The notes beneath the pieces are model-generated. The model made no database searches, had not been told where the DNA came from, and was given only the letters and a program-made list of their open reading frames with translations. Source: Octopus sinensis (taxonomy: Eukaryota). Taken from it: a stretch of 64,000 nucleotides of DNA. Of the stretch, positions 35,483 through 51,025 are shown piece after piece (position 1 is the first letter of the stretch; each line of letters opens with the position of its first letter). The position numbers and the translations under genes were made by a program. The stretch spans positions 1-64,000 of the forward strand of contig NW_021833009.1 of the NCBI RefSeq assembly GCF_006345805.1. The letters are read 5' to 3'.

Positions 35483-38400
35483 TGTTCTACCTTTTCGAAA
35501 CAGAGGTTCCTGTTTTTTAGCATTCAAAGAATTTTGCTCTGTGTCTTAAACAGTTTAGAATGATTGGGAAAATATTTATACTCAATCCTTCGGTTATTGA
35601 CTTTTTAGTCCGAATAGTACTCATATTTGAACATCTCCTATTCATCCAGGTTAATTATGATAGGTATATTGTCCTGGAAAGTGATAACCTGAGTGCTCCC
35701 CAACGCTATATTTTTTGTAGATTTCCCTCGGAGGCAGTCAGTTACCTCCTCACCGATCTTCCCACTCGTTCTCAGCAGCATATGAATTTGATGATGTTTG
35801 TTTGTCTTTATGTATCGACAGAAAACATTTAAACACCCAGAGTGTCATAACGATAAAACATTGAAATCCACATTTGCCGAAACAAAGAGTCGTTTTCAAG
35901 TGTGTATGGATAAGCTGGAATATGGAAAGGCATTTTAGCACCCAGACGGTCTCATCACACCCAAGAATAAGCCACTGCCCTTTCGGACAATGTTAACCTC
36001 TGATAATCAAAATGAAAATTGTGGGAACTACAGTTAAGAGTCCACGTGACATGAATCACTCATGAAAACAATCGAATATGATAGAAAACTGTTCCTTTAG
36101 GGAGGAGACCTCCTTTTCCACTTGTCGTTCTTCGAATCGGTCAAAAGAGGTCTGGAGGTGAGTAGTCTTCATTATTTCCTGTTCAAATATATTGATTCTG
36201 CTCTATGATTTCCGGGGTCTTTCCAATCTAGCTAATTTGCTGTTGTGATAAAAATATTCCAATTGTTCCATTAAAATTTCTATTTCATTCATTTTGCATT
36301 TTTTACCAAAATTTTTCGATGATATGATAACTTAAAAAATCTTGCCCGAACCGGATAATTAATGAAAATTAAACAAAGAAAGTATTATTAAACCAGGAAA
36401 GTGAATCCAGTTAGTAATTCATTAGTTATTAATTACATTACACAGAACATTGGTAGCATCCGTACAATATTGACGGCAGTTTTGATTTACACTATCGTCT
36501 TTAAAGAGTAAGTTTGCGATTTGATTAATTCTTAGTACAGAAAAATTTCTAGAGCATTTTCAAAAATAATACTCTTTGACAACTGCCGAAAAATCATCTA
36601 CATTTGGAATCAAACTAAAATAAGCCAACACACAAAATACACTTTATGCTCGGTGATGGGGTGTGCACAAAATGTATTTGATTTTTGAAATCTAAAAGAT
36701 TCAAATGTGACTAGAAAAACAACATAACATTAATTGATTCCGGACTATATGAGAATGGAACGAAGTATTTCTCCTTTGGCATAGTTCTATTAGTGATAAA
36801 TGTGTCATCATACACGGTTTTCAACGATGCAAGATTTCCCAGAGTGTTCACATGGATGTAGGTGAGACTAGTGCAGTCTTTCAAATTTCTACCATAATTA
36901 TAGTCATTTACTCACAAAGTCTCTAGTGGGATAAAGTTACCGCTATTCCCAAAACTGACATCTTCAAGTTTAATCAAATTTGGAGTTTCACAAGTTCTAG
37001 AGACAATAAACAGGTTATCTACAAATCTGTGAGACTTTTGTGCATATCAAATTTGGTAAAAGAGTCGTCAAACGATGTAATGTCCCTTAGAGTCATAGTT
37101 GTAAGTGTCGAAGAAACAGAATTTTTATAATCACAGTTAGTCACCTCCGAGGACGAGAAAGTACAATCTTCTCCCAAAATGACTGAAAAGACAAAGAAAA
37201 TATAAGTCAGCATTTGAATGAATTAATTAGGAATAAGTTTATTGTCATTTCAATGTTAGCCACTCAAAATAAGACAAATAATACAACTAAACTTTATTAG
37301 AATTGTTAGATATAAACTCACGATAATAAAATTATTGAGAAAATCTATGAAGAACCATCTACGAGAATTAAAAACTTGACGAAAACTGAATTAAACTTAG
37401 TCAATCTGTTCAAGGCTATAAACAAGCATGCAATCTCCCTTTATAACTATTACATTTGACTGGATGATTTTAAGACCTGAGAGTTTAAAAAATTGCTAAA
37501 AATATCCGCCGATCTTAAAGACAATCACTTCTTTATTTTTTAATTTCAAGAAATAAATTCGGAAGAGACCCGGAGTCACTTAATAATAAAGAGAAAAAAG
37601 TGCCCAATTATTTTTTAGCGAATTTTAAACACAAAGCAAATTTTGTCTACACCCTTTTAAAAGAATAGTACTTTTCATTAATTATCACTTTTAAATGGTC
37701 ATTTATTTGAATGCGTCGATCGTCTCATTTCCAACTCTCCTTTTTTGCTACTACACAATAAAAATGACTTTATTTAGTCGTTTTGTGACGACTTTGTCTT
37801 CAACTCCTAGGGGGCAAATCGTTGTTCTAGAGAGTTGACTTGCTCTTTGCTGACCAAAATAGCCACGACGCTCTCCAATTTAAGTAGGAAATGTTGAGTC
37901 GGCTACACCACTACATCCCAGATATGATGTGTTTGTCTTTGACATTCATGCACATAATATTTCTGCAAGTCACCGCCTTGTGTAATTATTGGTCTTAGTT
38001 GGACTGAGTATGTTATTTATATTCCTTATTTCATTCATTTTGAATATTACAGTGGGTGACAGTTCTGTGATGACTCAGAAAGAATTGATTAAACGCAATT
38101 TGTCGAAAAATAACAAAAGTACAAAATATAATCGGATCTTCACAAATAAACTAGACTTGTCCCCTGAACTTATGAAACTGAACAAAATCCGAATGAATAG
38201 CCTTAAGAAGACACTGCTCTCCACTAATAATCTGCATATACTTGGATCCTGCAATCTGCATTAATTGATATACCACTCCCACCAGGATATCCTTTAATAA
38301 CACACACTCAAACACCTTTATAACACTCGGAATATTCCTACAACTCGCCATTTCCACATATTTCCCCACCAACACTGCACTCTCTATCCCAATCCTACCA

Positions 38401-38843
38401 CGGAAACTCTCCACAAGTGACACCACTCGCACAAATTTCTCGGCAGGTCCAACCAAAAGGTCACTTTCACTACAATTCGACGACCTTTCAACAAGACACT
38501 CCAGCAAATCTATAAGTTAGCCAATTTTATACTAACTGTTCATTATGAGGAATATTGACCCTTTAAACTTATCGAATTGAGCATGTTGTTTTACTATAAT
38601 AGCACTCAGCAGACTGCAGTGTCCATTAAATAGACAAAACTGGTCACTCCTTTCCCCAATAAGCATTAATAACAATTCTACCAAAGAAGGAGACAACAAC
38701 CGAGTCTAAATATATTAAATAATCAATAATTCACATATTTTAGCCCCAATAAGTAAGACAGGAAATCCAAATTTATTAACCACAGAGAGCCAAGTTTGAC
38801 GACCCTCTCAATTATCTAAGGAATATAAAAACGTGTTTTACTG
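35459..38843. repeat. Tandem segmental duplication, copy B
   Basis: Collinear with 30950-33755. Confidence 0.95.
36289..37213 (-). CDS. Putative secreted protein with an LRR-like segment, copy B (apparently intact)
   Basis: Signal-peptide-like MLTYIFFVFSVILG. Spliced through 18-28 nt introns and one longer final intron: ...TDL|TCETPNLIKLEDVSFGNSGNFIPLETL|NLKDCTSLTYIHVNTLGNLASLKTVYDD...NCRQYCTDATNVLCN. 3' exon tentative. Confidence 0.65.
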
Positions 38844-41789
38844 AAGGAATCTCTGCTATTAGTTTCCTGTGGACAGTCTTGGGAAGATTACACTCAAACA
38901 GAGCAGCCAGAACAACACAGGCACCATTACTATGATTCTACAGGATGAATATAACAGTAAACCATAGAATTGATTGCCAAGGACACAACATAATGTATGC
39001 ATATTATTTTCTGAACTCGAATAAATGCCACCAACACATCACAGAGGGACTTGGAACATTTCTGTGAGAATGACTGCTCATGTCTCATAAGGGGAAGAGC
39101 ATTGAGAGACATATATAAGGCCAGTTTTCATCAGAGATACAACAACTCTCATTTATCAGTTCTAACCCACTCCCCACAGACAAAAGCCAAGAAAGGAGAC
39201 CCTCGATTGTAGAAATATTCATTTCCTGTGACAGAATGCTCACGTTAGAAATTAAATGTTGTTTGAATGCCTTGTAGTACAAAGATATTATAGCTTTTGC
39301 TATCGAGGACAACTTTCCCCTGGCAATCTCAGTGTTTATAATTGCGACTGCGACAGAGAGCAAATCAACATGCGTAAATAAATCATTCATAGACATACAA
39401 TCCATTAAACCATATACTTTTCTAACAATGTTTTTCTATCACAATTCATTCAATACAAATCAACCGATTTAGACACTCTGAATATAAAACAAGTCAACTG
39501 TAACATCATTCTTTGATCAACACAAACATCCAATTGATGACATAACTACTATTTAAACATATAAAGTACTGTCTCTGTTAAATTCACAGTCCAATCACAG
39601 CATAAGTTGAGTTTGCTGAGAGATTTAGGCAATAAAAGGCCATTTTTTAGCATATTTGTAAAAAACTGATTTGGGGCTGATGAAATGAGAGCCTCAACAC
39701 AGTCTGAGTGAGTAATGAGCTGACTGAGCAGAGAGTCAATCAACTCTTCAGACTGTTTAACCGAACTCCCCCCACAACTCACAACCCAAAAAATGACCTC
39801 ACTGACCTTCCTCTTTTCCACATGACTCAATAACTCAATCCTCAGACAAGACACAATCTAAATAATCAAAATAAATACATAAATAAATATTTCATAATCC
39901 ACAACAGTCCCCTCTATCCCCTCTACAGTCTTGATAAGGTCAGCCGAGGATATGAGGAGATTGGTGTAGAGGGGGGACAGTTCAAGCAAGTTGGGGGACT
40001 TGAGAAAGTTATCAATATCGGGGATGATATTTGGAAGGGTTAAAGAAGAGATTATTAATTTAGCAAACGAGGAGACCATCTGTTGGTTCATAATGGGGAT
40101 GAGGATACTACTATTCGATAGTATAAACACAACATAGTCAGCCAACTCCATCTTTATCATTAATATGATTAAATACATGTTTTTCCAGATATTCCAGACA
40201 TTCAAAAACAGCATGGCGGAGTTCTCTGTCATCCCCAATTCCACTTTGTCGTCTTTTCCATGCACCACCAGCACCCACTCGACACTGCCCGACAGGGGAG
40301 AGGACAGTGGTGGCCAGTACTTTAGTCTTTACTCTAATAAGACAAGACTAGTGAGAATAAACAGCACAAATACACCATATTGTGAGTAGATTTACAATTG
40401 TCGATAAATTGATTGACAATTGCACTCATTTCCTCATCAAAGAAGACAGACATGTCAAACAGTGACTGAGTGGATGTACAAACACACTCAAAAAAGGGGA
40501 AAACACACTCCAACAGGGATAGAAAGGCAGTATATCCACCCACACCAACCTACACTCACAAATACCCCTCAGTACATATTTAAACAGACCAATACAGCTC
40601 ACACACAACGATTGACTGCCCTGTCCATGTTTTTTGAACAATTCACACAAAAACTCAACCAATCCCACACACTTCTCCAGCCGAATACGTATATATTCGA
40701 CCACCCTCACAGCAGTGGGGACAAATGAAGGGTAGGGCACACAACACGACACAATTCTCACATTTTATCAGAATATTCTACTTTGCAGGAGAAGGCACAC
40801 TCAGTCCTGTCTTGTAGAGCACGTCGATCAGTCTTTCTATGAATTTGGGACTTGTTCTGAGTTGGCCAGCCAAATCTGCCAGTTTGTCCAAAAGGACTGA
40901 GTTCTGGTGGAGGAGACACTGCCGGAGAATGACACTCAGATATGGCTCGATGATAGCCCAGTCAATATTACTTAAATACTCGAATAGTATTAATGTATTT
41001 GGACTATGTGAGTATAACTTTGTACTTTTCTATGTTCTTTACTGCTTGTTTTACTATATTTATCAAGTCCTTTCGAAAGGGCTCGTCTTTTGGTAAGAAA
41101 TCGGGGTTTAGAGAAGACAGAGTCCTCAAATAGCAGGCCAAATCATCCACCAATTCGGTAAAGTTTGACTGTACGTGAGAAAAGTAGATTATTGATAATT
41201 CTTTAATTAAATTGTAACATAAATCTCCATAGTTATATCTAAAATAAATATTAATAATAAACTTTTGTGTATGTTGATGTGTGTGCAATGTAGTGACAAC
41301 AAAAACACACAAATCACTGAACAAATGGAAGTTTAGTGAGACAAGACAGGCCATATGCTGCACAATCTGCTGTTCTGTGTCGTCAATGGGGGAACTTAGG
41401 ACAGCCGAGAGTATTTCATTAAGGAAGGACTCAACCTCGTCTTTGTAGCAAGAGTGAGTACACCTCACATCATAAAGAATGGAATACAGTCTGAACAATT
41501 CGTTAATAATCTGGAAATGAGTTCACAGGCAGGCCTACGAGGGTGTGTCCCACCAGATTATTCCACTGAATGACGACTATTTGTGTCAGTAATTGGGCGA
41601 GGGAAAAATGGACTGGTTGGAGCACGTGTTTTGGAATGAGCGCGAAATTTTGGAGGAATTTAAACTGATGTGGTGTGATATAAAATTACTATATTTTTTT
41701 GGTTCAATGTTAATATGATTTCCAAGTCTTTTTGTGATACATTTTTGATTATTGTTAAATGTGATATTTCTTCTGGTAAATATGAACAT
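37700..41789 (-). CDS. Large multi-exon helical-repeat protein of uncertain identity (weak INTS1-like motif)
   Basis: Chain of same-strand Leu/Ile-rich ORFs (41004-41498, 40426-40761, 39858-40274, 39549-39854, 39085-39405, 38151-38507) separated by tiny introns. RPACELISRLLTNC loosely resembles INTS1 RPAQDLLMSVCMNC. Confidence 0.55.
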
Positions 41790-41988
41790 ATTTTAGTTTT
41801 TAGATTCTTTAATAAATTTGAATATTAAATACATTTAGTTTTATTATTTTCTTTGATTGAATTTGTCCATTGCAATTTTGAAAGGATACCGAATCCGGCA
41901 TCACAAGAGACATTATTAAACACGTTAATTTATTACTTAATTAATTAAAATATAAATAATTAAAAATATCCTTAAATATAATAAAAAA

Positions 41989-43534
41989 TCATGATTTAAG
42001 ACGTATGTGATACTCCCCATTAAGTGCACTATATCGAACCCATGAAGATGACTTGTAGAATGCCTTATCAGTAATCGACAACGACCTGATCTATTACCCC
42101 CACGACTACCTCACATTGATCCCCGACAGTGTAAAGTTGACCAACTCAAACTCGACAATGATTGGTATAGACAGATAGGTAGTGCTACTGTTCACTAGTG
42201 TTGTGGGTAATGTGACTTGTGCACTGAGAGTACATGTCCGTTCTTTCTATATAAACATCATAATCACACAAAAATAAAATTATTTGATAATTAATTAAAA
42301 TATAAAATAATTTAATTAATTATATGGTTAATCAAAAATATAATAAAGAAGGTAACCGAAAGTCCGCGAATAGTCCACACAAGGCAGTTCTGGTTGGGAT
42401 CGTACTGACACGTCCCTCTACTGACCTTAATCTGAGGCATAAAAATATCAGAAGGCACAGGAAGAAGTATTTTAACCATTTTTGCAGCAATATTAATCCT
42501 ACTACTAACCTATCCACTACAACAACACAACAACCCTGCCCTGAATCACAAATTGTGACTCATTTCTCTCATATTTGGCACTCACATCGAAAGGAGGCTC
42601 ATTCTAGGCCAGTAGTGACACATATAACTGAGAGGGTGATTCGATAGGTCATTAACTCAAACTCTCCATCAGGGGGGATAAACTGGATCACATTCTGCCT
42701 CTCAAAATCAGCCAAGGAGACACACTGGTGGAACTTGACGTCCTCCAACATGACTGATTAGGCACACAATCTACCAGAATGAGGCCTCTGTTCTCCATAT
42801 TTGGGCAAAATGACTCGATCAGCGAACAGTAGCCTCAGTTCAGGCATTCCACTAAGTCTGGTTTTGAGTTTAAGCAGTCCTGTGACGTAGTTATGGACAA
42901 CATTCCCATTTGAGTGGATAAGGACATTACTCTTCTCCACCACGTCCAAATAGCACGTGTTGTTGGAGTACTGTAGGCCTGGTGTCCTCCAAGACACGGA
43001 ATCCGTCACGGAAGTGGGTGGTTTGGTGATGCGAGGTTTGCGGACAATGAAGGACTTGGAGATTGGTTTTATATATCTGTGGGTGTTGGAGGGGAGTACT
43101 CTCGAAGGATGCCTGGGTCGGTGGTTTGGGGGATCCCCCAGTCGACCAGTTCGTCTAATAGTTCATAGATCAAAGGGCAGTTATCAATTTCCGCAATGTC
43201 GGTAAAATCACGGAAATAGTGTTGGAATACACATATTAGTTGATGTAGGAATTCAAAGCACATTGCTGTATTTGTGTTGGTGTGGGTGAGAACGACGACT
43301 AGGGTTATATTGGCACAATACAGTAATAATTATTGTTTTTTATATATAAGTAATATGTGTCCTCGTCTATCAAGATGGGAGAATTGTGTCCTTCCTCCAC
43401 TAAAAGGGGGAATGATTTGATGCACTGTCCAGATATGTTGGGCATGTATTGACGACATATTAATGGCTATAATAGGTTAGGTTGTTTATTACTTCTGCTG
43501 AGTTGTCCAGAATATAAATAGCAGATATTGTCAT
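41989..43534 (-). CDS. AP1M1: Clathrin adaptor AP-1 complex mu subunit
   Basis: MTISAIYILD...IYELLDELVDWGIPQTTD...SVSWR...LSGMPELRL...LEDVKFHQCV...FIPPDGEFELMTYR...WVRY. An apparent extra base in a homopolymer near 43020. Confidence 0.9.
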
Positions 43535-43623
43535 CTGTTTGACTGTCACAACAATACACTTTATTTTTATATTCAATATATTATTAAACATTATTTATAT
43601 TAAGGTTTTCTAAATCAAAAAAA

Positions 43624-43690
43624 TGCTCCTTTGTGGATTCGAACCCAGGACCTCTGAGAACTGTCCTCGTTGTCCGAATGATTGACAGTG
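43624..43690 (-). other. tRNA-like 3' half (B-box GGTTCGAATCC) followed by a T-run; not a complete tRNA
   Basis: Minus strand reads ...CAGAGGTCCTGGGTTCGAATCCACAAAGGAGCA then T9. No matching 5' acceptor strand or D-arm; T-stem mispaired. Confidence 0.4.
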
Positions 43691-43826
43691 CCATAAAATT
43701 GATACAACAGATCTACATTTAAAAGTAATATTTAACATTAAAAAATATTAGTAATAACTTTAATCATAAACTAATAAAGTAAAAGCTTGATTCTAAATGA
43801 ATAATAAAGCAATTAACAGTCAATAA

Positions 43827-45620
<1,794 letters not shown>

Positions 45621-45737
45621 TTGGTCAACTAACGCACTAATAGTCATTAAATGAATAAATTAAGATTATTTATTAGTTAATTTATATATGGTTAAATATA
45701 GCATATTTAATAAAATAAATAATTGTCTGTGGGCTTG

Positions 45738-48700
45738 ATGGGTGTTGCATTCATCAGGTCATTCCTCGATGATGGAGATATACAAAAATATGGTGTGATT
45801 CCCTTATTCCCAATCGTAGAGTCACTGCCTTATATACTAAGAGTAGTACTGGAGTCGTGCTGTCGAAACTACGATTCAAAACAGATTAAAAGAAATGAAA
45901 TATTAAAAATAATAAATTGGAAGCAAACTCTCCAGTCTTGTCCTACCATTTTGTTTAAGCCTGCCCGAGTAATGCTGAAGGGCTTCACGTAATGAATTAT
46001 CTAATGAGTGTAGAGCCATTCCTATAGTGTGTGACATGGCCACTATTCGTGAGTCACTCCACACTCCACTTGTCACACATGTTAAACCACAATGCCAATT
46101 AGACATGTTTATTGACCATTCAATCCAATCAGAAGTGTATTAATTAATATAATTAAGTAGTGGAGGGAGCCACCTCAAACTGTTTGGAGAGACGTGTCCA
46201 TTCCACAAGAAGGAATGCTTATTGTTTGAGAGTATTTATAACCCCAGGTCAAACCATGCCAGCCAAGAGAACGAATTCAGAAAGCACTACGAGCAATATA
46301 GAATTCTCAAAGTAATCAATTAGTTAATTAATATTGCTCTTTGTGGGTCATTGATTAGTGGGCGGGTGAGACGTTTGATGACATTGCTGTGGTCCCTCCT
46401 GGTCTGGGAGTGCCCCACCACTTTAATGTCGAGTTAATGGCCCGTTTTATAATGGAGAAGGACAGCCAGGTGTACCCCGACAGTGTGATTGGGACTGATA
46501 GTAACATCTCCATTCTCAATGGACTGGGAATACTGAGTATTGGTTGGTGGTAGTCTCACTAACTCAGCCACTTGCTCTGCCCAGTCGGAGTGTGCTATAT
46601 TAGGGCTGGCAATCCACATGAGTCTCCTCCAAGTGGTGGGTTGTCGTATTTACGGACGACTCAGCCCCCACGTCACCTCCACTGACATTGTGTTGGGAAT
46701 AATTAGAGTCATTAATCACTCATTCATTCACAGGCTCTCAAAGATGAACTCAAATCGGACAATTTTGTCGAGTTCTTTGGTCCTGGGGTTTGTCTTCTCT
46801 CTGTTAATGAACGAATGACTATTGCCAACATGAGCAATGAATTTGCCGCCATTGCTGCCTTTTTCCCGCCAGATGACATACTAATTAAACACGTGGAATC
46901 AATTAGTTAATTATTTATTTAATTTGCAGAGGGAGGTCATGTGGGTAATAAAATAAAGCAGTACTTCCAATCAGCAGGGTTATTTAGAAGTGAGTGTTGT
47001 GGAGATGAAAGATTGGAATATTCTAAGGTAATTTTAATATACATATGTAGATTATAAATATTAATCTTGGTTTAATTGAACCAATTTGTACTTTCAGAGG
47101 GGAGAGGTGTCTTGTCCCTGAACTGCCCTCATTTATTAAGCAGAAAATAACGAGTACAGACATATCATCTGCCTCCATAATCCACTACACCAATCATACT
47201 GTTTCTTCGGTCATCCTGGCTGCTGGTTTTGTCCTATAAATAATTTGTATAGGGATTATGGCCAGAAATGCAGTCGAAGCTGGTCTTGCTGTAAAACCCA
47301 ATGTGAAGTGCAGTCTCCTACCAGGGAACTCAATGAGTGTGTCCTACTTACTTCTGAGTGGCACATATCACTACCTTTGCTCTCTCGGGTTTGTTTATGG
47401 TGATATATGCAGGTTTGTGCTGGTGGGGTACGGATGTAGTGATTGTGTGAGTAATTATGAGTCACTCAACTCGACTGATAATGTGTGGTAGTTTCTAGAA
47501 CATTCTAGAAGGGTCTGCTAACATTGGCGGTCACATCAAAGAGTTGTGAGTATTTGAAGCATCAGGATATTTTGCTGGTGTCTCCTTTGTTTGTGGTTGC
47601 ATATGCTCTCGTGGGGGATGTCTCGTTTGACTTTTCCTCACAGTCAATTGGTTAGTGTTTAGTATTATGTTAGGTCGACATTGGAAGAGTGGTAGACAAT
47701 TATTTCTATCAGATATATGGCCTACCAGAGAACAGATACAAGTTAATTAATTAGTGTTGATTGCCAATTAGACGAGTATTATTAATGATATCAACCCCAC
47801 TCTATATCAACAGACTAAAAAGAAGATACAAGTAATCTCATTGCTGATTGGTAGACTGGCTCAGTCGAGTGGAATAAAATAGACTCAGTGGGACATGCCC
47901 TCTTCCAGTGGAATCCCAGTCCCCCTCAGTCCTTCCATCCTATATTGTGCTTATATATAATCCTCACTATTAGGACTACACCAGTAATAATAGAATTAAA
48001 TCATTATTCAATTCTCGGGCAATATTGATTGTTGGTGATGATGTCACGTCTGGTTATATTGCACCTGCTGGGAGTATTCCGAGGAATAGTCCTGTCTCAC
48101 ACTTTTTACTTTCTACTGGGTTGGGTTATTGTTGTGTATTCAGGCTTGTCCCCCGTGATTTTGGGTCCTATGGGTCACATCGAGGGTCCCACCAAGTTAT
48201 GGTGAGAGGGATGTTCTGCAATCCAAAGCTGGAGAGATTATTGAAAGGGAAATGCCAATTTATTAGCAGTGTGAACTACTGTGGGTGTCAAGTAGTGCAC
48301 TACCCCTCCCTCGAGTGCCTTCCACTCTGGTCTGCCTGTGCCCGGTATAGCCAGGAGGGAGTGCCACTCATACTCATTGCTGGGCATAATTTCGGGAGTG
48401 GCCCACCGAGGGATTGGACAGCCAGAGGACTAGGAGTGATGGTATAGAGTGAGTACAAGTGTAGGGGATTAAATGTGTCATTGCTTGTTCCATGTCCGAA
48501 TGGGTGAGGTTTGATTTGATTAGTACTGGGATTGTGCCCCTGTGCTTTGCTGCAGGAACCACATCTGACACTCTGGGGTTGGTTGGGAATGAGTTGTATG
48601 AGATTGACTTTCCCTTTGTGGTTGAGCCTAATTGTATGGTTCGATTGAAAGTAATGGGTGGCCTATTCATTTTAGGTGGACTGTGAAATGGAGTGTTATG

Positions 48701-48792
48701 TCACACTTGAATGCAGAACTGATTTTGAAATAGCAATGTTGAACAATGGAGGGGCATTTCAATATTGCTATCGACAAATTTGTTCTCGATAA
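45738..48792 (+). CDS. ACO1: Cytosolic aconitase/iron-regulatory-protein (ACO1/IRP) homolog with degenerate active site
   Basis: [69 protein letters not shown]...[24 protein letters not shown] and NGG are collinear with human ACO1. Start approximate. Confidence 0.92.
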
Positions 48793-48823
48793 TCATCAAT
48801 ATATTATTTACTAATATGGGCGT

Positions 48824-51025
48824 TTAAATTTTTATTTTAAAGAATTTGAGTTTAAATCCCAACATTTCATTAAGGAGAGCAGTGAGAGTGGAGAATATGA
48901 GGACGTGGAGGACACTAAAGAGAATGGGATTGCCAAACACTGCAGATATTTTGAAGGACTTTTCCACATTCTACCTCATAATGCCTCCACTACTTTAATA
49001 ATCTGGAATGCAATGTCAAGAGCCTTAACTGTGAGCAAATACATTTCCTTCTTGTTAGGTTTCTGTTCGATGGATTGGTAGAGGTTGAACTGTCATGTTA
49101 TATCAACTGAGGACCTTTTCCGTTAACAGAGCACTCCCATTCTTGGCAGAGTTGTTGTAGTGTGTCTGGTCAGTGATGAACCTCAGCAAATATATGCCCA
49201 GGACGAATATCCAACAACACACTTCCCAGCTATATTTCGAGTAGAAAAAGTCATCTTTCAGTCGGTAGATCTACACCTGATTACATATTACATACTTGTA
49301 GTCCTAATGCACAAAAAAGTCCCAAAAACGTGTAAAATGAAAAACTTATGATTATCTGGATTGATCTCACCGGTCCACACTTCTACACACTCCCACTCCA
49401 CACACAACCTTCACATACGACCTCAGGGACAGCCACAACTTGACTTTCCTTAGAGAGTTCAGTCGGAAGTAGGGCACTCCGTTCTTCTGAGATCTCCTTA
49501 GGGATGTGACCATATCAAAGTATTTGTAGTATTTCAGTCTCTGCTAATATATGGAGACAGGAGACCTTTCTGCCTGATCTCTCAGCAATTGTCAGCAGGA
49601 AGGTAACACAGAGACTCAGCAAAAACTTTTGTAGCACAAAATATAGCAAACACAACTTATCCCTACCAGTAAAATAAAGATACGACATCAAAGTGAGATG
49701 AAAGGAGCCGACAGACTCGCCGATGACTGAGTAGATTGGGCACATTGTGGCCAGGATAAGAGAGGAGATCAAAGCAATGAAAAAGTAGGTCATGTCCTCG
49801 GGACTACTGTTGGCCCTGAGGACGATGATACTCCCAATCTCATTGGCAGTCAAATATTCTTTAGTACTAATACCATTCTCCTTGATGATACATCCGACTA
49901 TAATAACACACAACTATCACCTCTCTCTAATACGGGCTATAAATAGATAAGTTATACTACTCAACCAAGTCTTCCTTCTTTGGAGGGGGCGTTCTGTCTT
50001 CCTGGACTGACTCCTCTGAGGCACTTCCTGACTCGGATTCCCCTGTTTCTATCTCCGAGACCATCAATTCGTTGGTTAAGGTCCCTGATTTGGTCTAATG
50101 ACACAAGTCAACTTAGTTTCTCACTTTTTTGGGGACAGAAAGGGAATTCCTTGCATGGATATCAGGAGTTAAATTGTCCCTGACCTTGGGGGATTCAAGC
50201 TCATCGTCAGTTAGTCTAAAAAACTCGAAAAATGAAAACTCGAATGAATTTTTATCAAACATTCTTAAAAATGACTGATTTCTATTTTTAGTTCGATTTG
50301 GAGTTATTCGAGTACTGCCAGTTGGTTTGGTCTCTTCTGAATTCCTGGGCTTGTCTTTCTTCAATGCCCTGCAACGTTAGGGTACCAACAGTCACTTTTG
50401 GTCAAAGATCTGCGAGAGAATTGTGGAGAAAATAGTAAAAATTGAGAAAAGTAGAATAATTGTTTCAAATTTCCAATTCTGAGTTCATAAAAATGCCAAC
50501 CTCAATAAATTCGTTCTCCTGGAAAGTAGTTGTGAAGACTATGAGCCAGTTGATGACATAAAAAATGAGGACTACAATGAAGGGACACAGTCCTATCTGA
50601 GTAATCCACCATTTGTGGTTGAGGAATGGAAGGAAGGACTTGGAGATGCCTTGTCTGAAGGACCCGACCAAAGACACTCTCGTTTTCATTTTACTGAGAG
50701 TCGAGCCTGCCTCCAATGGGGAACCAAACCTGTGATCAAGTCAATGTCTATCATCTGTCTCTGAATTGAATTCTTAATAATATCATCGACTATTCTCTTT
50801 GAGTTTAAATTGTTTATTTTCTAAGTATAACAAGTAATGATACTACATCGTTAATTCTCTTCTCTACAGTGTGTTCCCACAGTTGTTTGTCGTAGCCTTT
50901 AAGCTAAGTATTATTAGAATGTGGGAATAAGTATAAGTGCACTCAATCATTACTTCTTTGTCGAACCATTCCTGAGTCTTCTGGACGAATGAGGAGTACA
51001 ACTTCTTTAGTTCATCAATTGGCAT
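48824..51025 (-). CDS. PHTF: PHTF (putative homeodomain transcription factor) family membrane protein
   Basis: EWFDK|LKGYDKQLWE, MIDIDLIT|GSTLSK, FLLTIAERS, RRSQKNGVPYFRL, GPVRSI and GNPILF...LLNEMLGFKL match PHTF1/2 motifs. Its stop lies 31 bp from the ACO1 stop. Confidence 0.85.

Noticed and set aside
37700-41789. Naming the large gene INTS1
   Set aside because: Only one weak motif by eye; an HMM search is needed.
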